Shown piece by piece: positions 40,348 through 49,400 of a stretch of 64,000 nt of DNA. The translations under genes were made by a program, and so were the position numbers. Position 1 is the stretch's first letter, and each line of letters starts with the position of its first letter. Below the pieces are notes generated by a model. That model saw only the letters and a list, made by a program, of their open reading frames with translations. It was not told the origin of the DNA and ran no database searches. The stretch lies in IMG/VR virus record IMGVR_UViG_3300025896_000025; one strand, given 5' to 3'. This DNA comes from an uncultured virus (IMG/VR IMGVR_UViG_3300025896_000025) (lineage: Duplodnaviria; Heunggongvirae; Uroviricota; Caudoviricetes).

Positions 40348-41118
40348 ATGAGACGGGTTGCGCAGGTTGGTATTGAACTCATTAAGGCGTACGAAGGACT
40401 GGGCGACGGTGATCCATCAACCGTCAACCTTGATCCTTACCTGTGTCCGGCCGGGATCTGGACTATTGGCTGGGGTCACACGATTGTCGACCCTAAGACT
40501 GGTAAGCGACTAACCAAGGCGAACTGCACCAAAGAGGAAGCGTTCGCTCTCTACCCCGGCGGTATCACCAGAGAAGAGGCTGAGCTTCTTCTCAATGAAG
40601 ACCTGAAGCCAAGAGAGGAGGTGGTCCAACGTCTCGTGAGGGTTGAACTGAATGACAATCAGTTCGCCGCTCTAGTCTCCTTCGTGTATAACGTCGGAGC
40701 CCCCGCGTTCCAGATATCCAAGCTTCTAAAGAAGCTGAACGCGGGGGACTTCGGCGGAGCCGTTGCTGAGTTCCCAAAGTGGAACAAGATTACCACAGAG
40801 AATGGTAAGGTTGAGAACAAGGGTTTGACCAACAGACGAGAGGCTGAGCGCATGCGCTTCGTCACTCCGTTGTTCAAGGCCCCCATCCCGGTCAGTAAGA
40901 CCCCAGAAGGTCAGGGCCAAATCCTGGCCTCTGTCGGTATCGTGGGTAGCGCTCTGAGTGAGATGACTGATAGTGTCGGCGTTGCCTACACACAGTTGCA
41001 CTCCCTAGGTATTGAAATCGAGTATATTAAATTTGCCTTCGTAGCGCTCACATTGTTCGGCGTGGCCTACACATTTTACTCTCGGGTCAAGGCCCGCAAT
41101 GATAAAGGATCACAATAA
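40348..41118 (+). CDS. Endolysin, GH24 lysozyme with a hydrophobic C-terminal extension
   Basis: YEG...YLCPAGIWTIGWGHT, NQFAALVSFVYNVG, GLTNRREAE. Confidence 0.9.
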   Translation: MRRVAQVGIELIKAYEGLGDGDPSTVNLDPYLCPAGIWTIGWGHTIVDPKTGKRLTKANCTKEEAFALYPGGITREEAELLLNEDLKPREEVVQRLVRVELNDNQFAALVSFVYNVGAPAFQISKLLKKLNAGDFGGAVAEFPKWNKITTENGKVENKGLTNRREAERMRFVTPLFKAPIPVSKTPEGQGQILASVGIVGSALSEMTDSVGVAYTQLHSLGIEIEYIKFAFVALTLFGVAYTFYSRVKARNDKGSQ

Positions 41119-42795
41119 GTGGCGAATCTGACACCGATTACTGCGGAACAGGCTGGGGGGCCTTGGGATGATATCCCAACTGACGCTATGCTTACACTGG
41201 AGAGTCCTACTCGTGGAACAGGGAGGATTCCACAAAACCTGATTCCATCGTTTTCTAACTTTCTCAACGGTGCTGTCGATATTGGTCTTGCAACCGACGC
41301 CATGGCAGACGGTAGCAGCGCTGCTTTACTGGCTGCTATACTTGGGAGCACCCTGCACCACGACCCGGCGAACAACTGCCATGACATTTGCAGCTACCCA
41401 GGTAGCACACTGAACGCCAAGTGGGAAGCAGCCTGCGTTGCCATGGACACGCAGAGGCCAAAGGTGATCGTCATTCGCCGGCCCTATGCCAACGAGCCGG
41501 GCGCCCGCAACGTCACCGGTCGCGGTTGGATGTGGGATCTGACGGCGCCGCTGACGTTCGATGATCCATGCTCACTGGCGCACATCTACATCTATGGTGG
41601 GTTGACCTGCGATCCTGCTGGCAGCGCAGTAACCGCAGCCCTGCATTTCTCGCCGACGAGCAAAACTGAAGACATCAACATCTATACGCAGGTGTCGATC
41701 TACGGCGCTGACAAGATGACGCAAGGCATCCTGATCGACGGTGGCGCGCGCATCTTCTTTGACAGTGGATCACGAATAGTTGGTTGCAACGGCCCGGGCA
41801 TCTATATGTCTGGTGTGCACGCAGAAGGTACTAACGACTGTGATCTAGGTCACGTTGTCAGCGCGCAGAACCGTGGCCCAGCCGTCTACATAAACGGCAC
41901 GGCGCATCAGATCCGAGATACTTGGATCACTAAAATTCACGAACAAGGCACGCCGACGACAGGCACGCAGGCGGCGCACGCGCTCCACGTTGCCGGCATT
42001 GTTCGCGGTTTTAAGGTAGGTAAAGTCAAACTTTCCGCCGCCGCGACGGGCATCGGCGCTCCCACGGGGGCCATTTGCTACATTGAAGCCACAACTGCTG
42101 GCATCCCGCAGTTCGACATGGAAATCGGCAGCATCCACCAGGATGGGCAGAACAACACGGCGCTGGAGACTAGCAAGGGCACGTATACTGGCTCGACCAA
42201 AATCACGGGCCTTAAGCTTGGTCGTTCGTACAGCAGCTCCGGCAGCACCGACGTCGCCCTGTCTTGGGTCGACGAGTGCGACCTGTCGAATATCCGCTAC
42301 GGCGCCATCCTGATTGACGCTGCTCTTTGCGATGTCGTCCGCATCAGGAACTCTGACAAAGCTACGCTCACCATCACCTGGCCGACAGACGGCAGCGAGA
42401 CGCTGCAGCTTTGGCAGGATGGGGTCTATACCTGCACGAAGACGACCACATCATCGACGGCCAATCGCGCCCGCTGCTTTACCGTGCCGGTGCCGGCCAA
42501 GTTCGAGACCGCGTGCATCCTCGACATTCTGTGCTCGGGCACCAGCGGTGAGAGCCTGTATTCCGGCTCGTTCCGCCTGCGCCCGACGGTGACCGGATCG
42601 TTGATCTCGTCGACAATCCAGGGCGGCGCGAACTGCACCGCGCACAGCGCCCGCGCCGACCTTACAGGCGCTCCGACTGGCCTCGCTGGTAACATTGTGC
42701 ATTCCGTCGAGGGATCTGCCGGCGTCATGAAGCTGCATCTAGAGAACAACACCGGCAACTCACGAACACTCAGCTTGACGCTACGCGGATGCTAG
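41119..42795 (+). CDS. Tailspike/fibre-like protein (probable beta-helix)
   Basis: G/T/I-rich beta-repeat pattern; N-terminal module shared with 19427-19804. Confidence 0.6.
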   Translation: MANLTPITAEQAGGPWDDIPTDAMLTLESPTRGTGRIPQNLIPSFSNFLNGAVDIGLATDAMADGSSAALLAAILGSTLHHDPANNCHDICSYPGSTLNAKWEAACVAMDTQRPKVIVIRRPYANEPGARNVTGRGWMWDLTAPLTFDDPCSLAHIYIYGGLTCDPAGSAVTAALHFSPTSKTEDINIYTQVSIYGADKMTQGILIDGGARIFFDSGSRIVGCNGPGIYMSGVHAEGTNDCDLGHVVSAQNRGPAVYINGTAHQIRDTWITKIHEQGTPTTGTQAAHALHVAGIVRGFKVGKVKLSAAATGIGAPTGAICYIEATTAGIPQFDMEIGSIHQDGQNNTALETSKGTYTGSTKITGLKLGRSYSSSGSTDVALSWVDECDLSNIRYGAILIDAALCDVVRIRNSDKATLTITWPTDGSETLQLWQDGVYTCTKTTTSSTANRARCFTVPVPAKFETACILDILCSGTSGESLYSGSFRLRPTVTGSLISSTIQGGANCTAHSARADLTGAPTGLAGNIVHSVEGSAGVMKLHLENNTGNSRTLSLTLRGC

Positions 42796-43241
42796 GCTTC
42801 ATCTCGTTCATCCTCACACATCGCTGGATGCTCCCTCTAGCTCTCTGCGCCAGTCTTGTCTGTGGGATCTGGTTCGTGAAGGTTCAGAACAACCATCTAC
42901 GATCCGAGCTCGCTGTCACACAGACGAACCTGGAGTCTGCTACCGCGACCGCCTTAGCCAACGCTGAGGCCATTCGAAAGATGGCCTTGTTTCAGGCTCA
43001 GCAGCAGAAGGAGTTGGACCGCGTTGAGGAGGAGCAGAACAAGACAGCCCAAGTGGCAGATGAGATTCAGAGGAGAATGAACCGTGCGCGCAAGACCGGG
43101 GCTGATGGCCCTATTGCTCCTGCTGTCCGTGATGGGCTTGAGCTCCTGTATGGCACCCCAGGAACCGTTGGTAAAGATCGAGTATCGAAGCCCAGCAGTG
43201 TCTCCCCAGCTCCTAAAGTGCCAGCCTCGCCCAACCCCTAA
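42789..43241 (+). CDS. i-spanin (Rz-like)
   Basis: N-terminal TM helix plus coiled coil; overlaps a lipoprotein gene. Confidence 0.8.
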   Translation: MLGFISFILTHRWMLPLALCASLVCGIWFVKVQNNHLRSELAVTQTNLESATATALANAEAIRKMALFQAQQQKELDRVEEEQNKTAQVADEIQRRMNRARKTGADGPIAPAVRDGLELLYGTPGTVGKDRVSKPSSVSPAPKVPASPNP

Positions 43242-43356
43242 CGGCGAGATAGAGACGCAGGTCGATCTCATGGACCAACTCGCTCGGGTGGATAAGGCAG
43301 GAGAAGACTGCCGGCAGAAACTGAATTCCGTGGCGAAGATCCTCAGTGAGCCCTAG
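43084..43356 (+). CDS. o-spanin (Rz1-like lipoprotein)
   Basis: Signal peptide ending LSSC; Pro-rich with further Cys. Confidence 0.8.
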   Translation: MRARPGLMALLLLLSVMGLSSCMAPQEPLVKIEYRSPAVSPQLLKCQPRPTPNGEIETQVDLMDQLARVDKAGEDCRQKLNSVAKILSEP

Positions 43357-43702
43357 CCCATCAATCGAGTCTCGGGTCACCAGACTAGAGACCAACCAAG
43401 AGCATTTCAGCAAGGATCTTGATCAACAGGAAACGCTCATTGGTCAGTTTGGGCAGGCAGCAAACACCATGGAGAGAGTCACTGAGACCCTATCTACAGT
43501 CGTGACCCAATTGGACACAGTGAGTAAGCGTCTTACTACGGTCGAAGAAAAGCTGCGCGATGAGACTTTAATTAGGACCTATCGAAATAATCACATTAGG
43601 AATCTGGCCAGCGGTGTTGTTATTCTGGTAATGTTGTGGTCTGACAAGCTTGGTGACGCGATAACGCAATCAACCGAACTGATCCCCCGATGGTTCCGAT
43701 AA
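43346..43702 (+). CDS. Coiled-coil plus TM protein (possible holin)
   Basis: RVTRLE coiled coil and one C-terminal hydrophobic segment in the lysis region. Confidence 0.5.
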   Translation: MSPSPSIESRVTRLETNQEHFSKDLDQQETLIGQFGQAANTMERVTETLSTVVTQLDTVSKRLTTVEEKLRDETLIRTYRNNHIRNLASGVVILVMLWSDKLGDAITQSTELIPRWFR

Positions 43703-44205
43703 GCAAGAAAGTGTATACCCGCACCACAAATTATATCACCTATATCGTCCTGGCACTGGTGGCGTTCTGTTTCCTCGTACCCGTCATGACCAACTACAGT
43801 CACATCACCACGATGCCCCCATTGGAACTCGATCCAGGAGCAAAAGTGGTTTGGGTTGATGAGGACACGATGATGTTCCAGACCACAGGAGGTAAGAACC
43901 TTACCAACTGTCCGGTCGTTTGGATCGAGCGTGGTTTGGAGACGAAGCGTGGACGCGTGGATGTCACGATAGATCTTCTGAGTGGACCAATGAAAGGTAT
44001 TGGCCCTCAGACTGGACGTAACGTCTTGAAGGACGTGAAGATTGGAAGGCGCCCGCCGGTAGTGGGTCTTCTCATACGTCCGAAGGACGTCCCCAAAGAG
44101 GACATCCTAGCCTTCTTCACCAACCAGATTGTGCCGCAGGACCAAGCCTGTGAGAACGGTTGGTGGGGTACCTCGAAGTTAATGAAAATCACGGTATCGG
44201 AGTAA
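43690..44205 (+). CDS. Membrane-anchored protein
   Basis: N-terminal TM helix and a two-Cys soluble domain. Confidence 0.55.
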   Translation: MVPISKKVYTRTTNYITYIVLALVAFCFLVPVMTNYSHITTMPPLELDPGAKVVWVDEDTMMFQTTGGKNLTNCPVVWIERGLETKRGRVDVTIDLLSGPMKGIGPQTGRNVLKDVKIGRRPPVVGLLIRPKDVPKEDILAFFTNQIVPQDQACENGWWGTSKLMKITVSE

Positions 44206-44350
44206 GGGGCAGTCGGTAATCCCAGACTGTCTTAGGCTCGCCGGAGGTACCCAAGCGTAGCTTCCGTTCAACAACAAGCCACCAGAAGCGTTTCCCGTCG
44301 ATAACGACGGGATGCCACGCGAACCAATGATGCCAACCTAGCTTAACCAT
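44189..44350 (-). CDS. 53-aa Trp-rich phage protein (WHHWFAWHPV...WLVVER)
   Basis: Hand translation; AGGAG RBS. Confidence 0.6.
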   Translation of the reverse strand: MVKLGWHHWFAWHPVVIDGKRFWWLVVERKLRLGTSGEPKTVWDYRLPLTPIP

Positions 44351-44364
44351 ATCATGCTCTCCTG

Positions 44365-45084
44365 TTAGTGCTGAGGGAGAGCTACTAGCTCAATATGGTA
44401 TTGGGTTGGATAAGTCAACTGCGGCATACGCAGCGCTACGAAATAGTTTCCAGGTGTGAGGTAAGCCTCCGCACTATCATTGGCTTCCTTGATAACGGAT
44501 GTATCAGCGCGTCTGAGGGAGAGGATCCCAGGTACGAACCAATTTACTCCACTAGCTTGGACTCGATAGGTGCCGGGGGATGAGATACTGAACCGGTACC
44601 AGTCTTTATCGGTTGCAGCCCGAATGACTCCCGAGCCAGGAAGGGTGCACTTTGTCTTACGCGTTGGTGAGCAGGATGGTGCAGCGATGAGGTTGTAGAC
44701 GGTGTCCTTGGAGCAGTCTCTTCCAGGAGGGGTTCGATCGATCACCTGGACGTAGTAGCCGCCCTCGTAGGTCGCGGTATATTCCACCCACGCATTCTGT
44801 GGATCTGCAGCCTGGAAGCTGGATCGAAGGAGACGGAACCTGCGGTCATATAGCTTGATAGCCACATCTTGACAAAAGCTGTGAACCTCGAATCCAAGGC
44901 TCAGTCCTTTGGGAAGCCAGCTTTTGTAAGCGTCCACGTCGCCTCGATAGTTCCACACGCCTCCGTTGTAGTAACCAGCTTCTCCGACCTTGAGACGGGC
45001 GGGGGTGGTGATACCAGGAGGTAGGTCTTTGGCTATGACCGGCAGAGGGGCTAGGGATAGCGCGAGGGCGAGCGGTTTTAACAT
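44365..45084 (-). CDS. Exported protein with signal peptide and PPC-like beta-sandwich domains
   Basis: MLKPLALALSLAPLPVIA; GDVDAY and DKDWYRF...GxYxV repeats. Confidence 0.6.
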   Translation of the reverse strand: MLKPLALALSLAPLPVIAKDLPPGITTPARLKVGEAGYYNGGVWNYRGDVDAYKSWLPKGLSLGFEVHSFCQDVAIKLYDRRFRLLRSSFQAADPQNAWVEYTATYEGGYYVQVIDRTPPGRDCSKDTVYNLIAAPSCSPTRKTKCTLPGSGVIRAATDKDWYRFSISSPGTYRVQASGVNWFVPGILSLRRADTSVIKEANDSAEAYLTPGNYFVALRMPQLTYPTQYHIELVALPQH

Positions 45085-45159
45085 CTTGGATCCTTCCAGT
45101 TGCGGAAGGCGGATGGTAGCGAGATTGTAGATTCTGTCTATGAGAAATACCACAAAGGA

Positions 45160-45189
45160 AGAGAGCCTAGGAAATTTCCTAGGCTCTCT
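45160..45189. terminator. Perfect 30-bp palindrome, terminator-like
   Basis: AGAGAGCCTAGGAAA|TTTCCTAGGCTCTCT. Confidence 0.65.
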
Positions 45190-45192
45190 GGT

Positions 45193-45378
45193 TTAGGGAC
45201 GTCCGATGAACTCTCTCGGCTTACCTTCGTGAGTGCTCGATAAATCTAGCAATCCCTCGCGCTGCAGTTTCCAGAGCACATCGAGATATTCGTACCAAGC
45301 ACTGGCCCACGTCTTAGTCTCCTTGTTGCATTTAACCCGTGAGGGTTGTCGGAAGTCCACCCGTACTACGTTCTCCAC
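45193..45378 (-). CDS. Small hypothetical protein
   Basis: ORF track; start uncertain. Confidence 0.45.
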   Translation of the reverse strand: MENVVRVDFRQPSRVKCNKETKTWASAWYEYLDVLWKLQREGLLDLSSTHEGKPREFIGRP

Positions 45379-45445
45379 CAACCCACCGGTAGAACCTCTC
45401 CTACAGGTTGAACATCGGGCATTTTGTCGCACTGAAGGTGGGGTG

Positions 45446-45522
45446 TGGTGCCTGCGGTAGGATTCGAACCTACACTTTTACTGTCTTTGAATCAGCGGCC
45501 TCTGCCGTTGGGCTACGCAGGC
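45446..45522 (-). tRNA. tRNA-Leu(CAA)
   Basis: Acceptor GCCTGCG/CGCAGGC, TTCGAAT T-loop, encoded CCA; short variable loop, A31-A39 mismatch. Confidence 0.8.
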
Positions 45523-45528
45523 AAAAAG

Positions 45529-45604
45529 TGGTACCACGAGTCAGATTCGAACTGACACTGACAAGTTCCTAAGACTTGTGCCTCTGCCGTTGGGCTACCG
45601 TGGC
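45529..45604 (-). tRNA. tRNA-Leu(TAG)
   Basis: CAAGT-CTTAGGA-ACTTG anticodon arm; encoded CCA. Confidence 0.9.
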
Positions 45605-45609
45605 GTAGG

Positions 45610-45683
45610 TGGTGGGAGAGGTAGGAATCGAACCTACGCTCGAATGTTTTACAGACATGGACCGCTGCCCAGGCGTCCCTCCC
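45610..45683 (-). tRNA. tRNA-Tyr(GTA), atypical
   Basis: ATGT-CTGTAAA-ACAT; good T-arm and CCA, reduced D-arm. Confidence 0.65.
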
Positions 45684-45790
45684 GTTAGAGGTATATAGGT
45701 GAGGGGTTGGGGGCTGAAGGCAAGCCAGCAGTGGGTCAATCCCAACCCCCCGGATCCTTACCAGGGAACCTAGCTTATGTAGGCACGAGC

Positions 45791-46039
45791 CTACGTGATA
45801 GCAACCCCATCTTTCCACTTGGTCTTATGCGATTTTCCCCAAGCGCCTCGGCTAACCTTGGTCACCTCATCTATGTCACCATCCACTACCTCATCATAAT
45901 GGACGATGCAACTTTGGATATCCTCCCAACTATCAATCCCAGCAGCCCACCTCTCTGCCTCATCAGCATTCTCTGCTTCAACGTAGATCGTCATATTACG
46001 AACGATCGTCTCAGATCCATCGATCTTGTAGATAGGCAT
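45791..46039 (-). CDS. Small acidic hypothetical protein
   Basis: GAGG RBS; VEAENADEA. Confidence 0.6.
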   Translation of the reverse strand: MPIYKIDGSETIVRNMTIYVEAENADEAERWAAGIDSWEDIQSCIVHYDEVVDGDIDEVTKVSRGAWGKSHKTKWKDGVAIT

Positions 46040-46308
46040 TAAACCTCTCCATTCGCTAGTGAAAGAAGAACATCCGCATGACATAACTCTGGTGAACACC
46101 AACACACCAGATCCTTACCGCGTAAACTACGTATCTTAGACATCAACTTGGTATTAGAGAGTAAATACTTAGTGTACAGGAAAACGACTTCTTCCCTGGA
46201 ACCATGCACACCCACCACGAATGGATTACCCCACTTGCTTGGTCGTCCAACATAGATTGCCCCCGCGGTGACATCATGGAAGTGTTTATTAAGCACTTTT
46301 GGTGGCAT
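46039..46308 (-). CDS. DUF4326-like protein
   Basis: IYVGRPSKWGNPF...LRGKDLVCWC...CHADVL. Confidence 0.85.
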   Translation of the reverse strand: MPPKVLNKHFHDVTAGAIYVGRPSKWGNPFVVGVHGSREEVVFLYTKYLLSNTKLMSKIRSLRGKDLVCWCSPELCHADVLLSLANGEV

Positions 46309-46468
46309 TAGACTGACCTGCTAACTTTCCAGCTTGGCGGTTGTTTATAGCTTTACAGATACCGTGATTTTTGAAATGACCCATAGGACGGACTTTCCAC
46401 AAAACGATCCCCGTCTCTAGGTCATACTCAAAACATTCACGAAGAAACTCCTGCGTTGGGTCGGTCAT
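46289..46468 (-). pseudogene. Truncated HNH homing endonuclease remnant (N-terminal part only)
   Basis: Hand translation MTDPTQEFLRECFEYDLETGIVLWKVRP..HF...AGKLAG; stops at 59 aa with no HNH core. Confidence 0.6.
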
Positions 46469-49400
46469 ATCTCACAACCTCCACTGGTGCAGGCAAGCGT
46501 TTGGGAACCTACGGTCTTATCCTCTCCTCCTTCGTAGACACTCATCCAACGGAAATCGATCTCCTTTGGCATCCTCTCTAGCAACGCTTCGTATTCCTCC
46601 TTTGTGCACTCCTGGTACGGGGCCTGTCGGTAGATGTGGTCAGTGTGGGGCAGAAAGCTTACGCCAGTGACATCATCAAACCGAGCGTACACCCACGCAC
46701 CCACCTCCAGCCACTCGTGCTCACGAACTGTGATGGTCACCGAAGGAGTGTGCTCACACCAGTGAGTCTTGAACTTCAACCACATCTCTAACTGCTGGAT
46801 CGCAGTCATATCATCTCGTGTTGTGGAACCGGCGGAAGCCTTGCGAGGAAACGAAAAGATCGTCGTGTCATTTGGCTTCGTCACACAAGGCTCGTTCGGG
46901 AAGCTTTGGTCCTTCATGAACTCCGTCATTGGGTCTTTGTTGTCTTGACGCACGGTCCTCACATAATATGAAGCGAAGTCGGCGTGCATACCAGATGGGC
47001 TATAAACTAACTGGGATGTCGTCCCCTCAGGCTTCACGCACGTAGTGGCCGTGCTTTGTGGAATCCCGAGTTCCGAGGCCATGCGCTTGTTACGTGCGAC
47101 CACACCTGAGCGCAGATCTGACAGAGCCTCACCCGAGAAGTCGCGTATAGTGCTTCCCATGATCCCGGTGAGGGAGACACCTAGAAGACGCTCCTCCTCT
47201 GTGTTGCGCTGCCAGACTTTGCGAAGATACTTGAAGTTCGTGAGTGTGCTCTGGAAGGTCCCAAGGAGGGTCGCCATCTCCGTCTTCCAGGACAGCGAGA
47301 CGAAGTCATCTTCCATTCTACAAACAGTGGTTGAAAGATTACAGAACTGATTAGGTCTAAGTAGGATTTCTAGGCAAGGATTAGATCCCCATTCATGATC
47401 TGGATCTCGTCGGTCTGTCCTAAGTATCTGCTTTCTTGCCGCTTCTCTATTGAAGATACCCCGCTCGCCGCTCTTGGATTCATAGAGTGACAACCACTCC
47501 TTCATGAAGAGACCGATCTCTGGCTTCTCCGTGTATGCAACCGAGTTGTTTGCCAGAGATCGCTGAGGCTCACTCTCCCACCATTGCCCGGACTTAGCGT
47601 AGCGCATGCGGTCGTCGCTGAGGTTCGAGAGAGATAGGAGGGCACTGTTGTGCACAACGATACCACACGTTGTAAATTGATGAAGTTCCTCTACCTCAAT
47701 ATCCCAGGTCTCAACCTCACCCCACGGCTCCACACTAACCACCGGAGTCGGTAGATACCCATTAGGGTTCATCTCCAACGCAGAGGCTGTAATATTATTC
47801 ATAGCCCGATATCCCGAACGTCCCCCAATAAATGCTACGGGAAACGTAAAGTCTATAGGACTGCCGAAAGCGTCGATATCAACCAATTTACCCGTTCGGA
47901 TGTGTGGACTAACGAGATCCAGCCACTTCTTACGGTTAAGTCTGCCGACGATGAACAGTCCGTGAGCGTCCTTGGCTTTCTCACCCGCAGCGCGTCGCCT
48001 ATCGTTGCAGGTAAAATGACGAGAACACCCTATACCCAATGATGCTAGAAGAACTACAAGGTCGTCCTCATACTCCGGGTAAATTGTTGTTACCTGTTCA
48101 ATTACCTTGTCTTTACGTGAGCGTCCGTCGCTATCAAACAATCCAGCCAAATACGCCGACCTGATCGGTTGCAAGGCGTTCATTATAAACTCTGGAACAC
48201 GTATGGGCTCATTTGGCACCTTAAGATGCGTCTTTAGCCACCGAGCAAACGGGGCCGAGAACACACGGAGACGTGCGCCATTACCTTCTCTACCGTCTGA
48301 ACCATAAGCGCCACTCAGACCAAAACAATCTTCGAAGATAATGTTTGCTTCTTCCAAGGTTTCTAGATGATCGATGTGATGAGCAATCTCAATCGTCTGA
48401 TCACCTATGTAGCCGTTTCCGTGAATCAATCCAAACAACCAAGCTACGCGAGGCGTCAGCTCCGGGATGTTGAAGATCTTTGAATTGAAGTGAAGGACTT
48501 CATCAAACGCCGGTAGTTCCGTGTGTTGACCTTCATATCCTGCACCGTCCCATACCAGTCGATCGCCAACCTTGAGATCTGCTGCGGCCTTGAATGCGTA
48601 TGAGTCGACGGCATTAAACACTGCAACTCGGTGCTCTGGTGTGCATGCAAGCTCACCGAAGCGGTGTTTAATCTTCAAGATTGCTTTTTTACCAGACGGA
48701 CCTGATGCAACAACCCTGGCGGTTTTACCGCCAGTAACTACCACATCCCCCGGCTCCACTTGGCTTATAGGCTTGGTCCCGGTGGTTAAAGCTACCGGAG
48801 CGTCTGACGGCAAACACCGTCTCACACCCCCGACCACAACGATCTCACCGATCTTGCACATGAGATCGTGGCATTCCAAACTGCTCAACCTACGGCCATG
48901 CGCGTCACGAAACTTCTTAACGGTGAAGCGGAACAGATCGTCGAGGGGAGCTGGCCCCGAGGCTCGCCCACCGAATGTCTTCAGGGGAGCCCCAGCAGGG
49001 CGCACCTTGCTCATGTCCCAGGCGGGGATCTGTCCAGCATAGAGCATCGCAATGAGCTCTCGGTATGCCTTGGACCAACCTTCCTTGCTGTCGTCCACCA
49101 CGATGGTGGTGCTGCTCTTCTCGAAGCTCTCAGCTACTGATGGGAGCTGAGCCACACACTGACGCTCGACGGAGAACCCAACCCCAGTACCACACATCAG
49201 AATGTACATGGCCTCATCGAAGGCCCTAGGGTGGTCAATCGGAACGTAGGCACAGTTGTAGCCGGCGACGTTACAGCGAGCCAGAGCAGGGCCAGCAGTC
49301 ATCAAAGCTCGCATCGAGGGTAGGAAGTGGAAGTTCTCGACACCCTCCTGGAGCTCGGAACGAAGTGACGGACTCAGAGTGTATTTGCATTTCTCTTCGA

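Noticed and set aside
44205..44345. ncRNA suggested by several small hairpins
   Set aside because: Better explained by a 53-aa minus-strand CDS with an RBS.
45376..45445. Fourth tRNA in the cluster
   Set aside because: Some pairing, but no TTCRA loop or CCA end.
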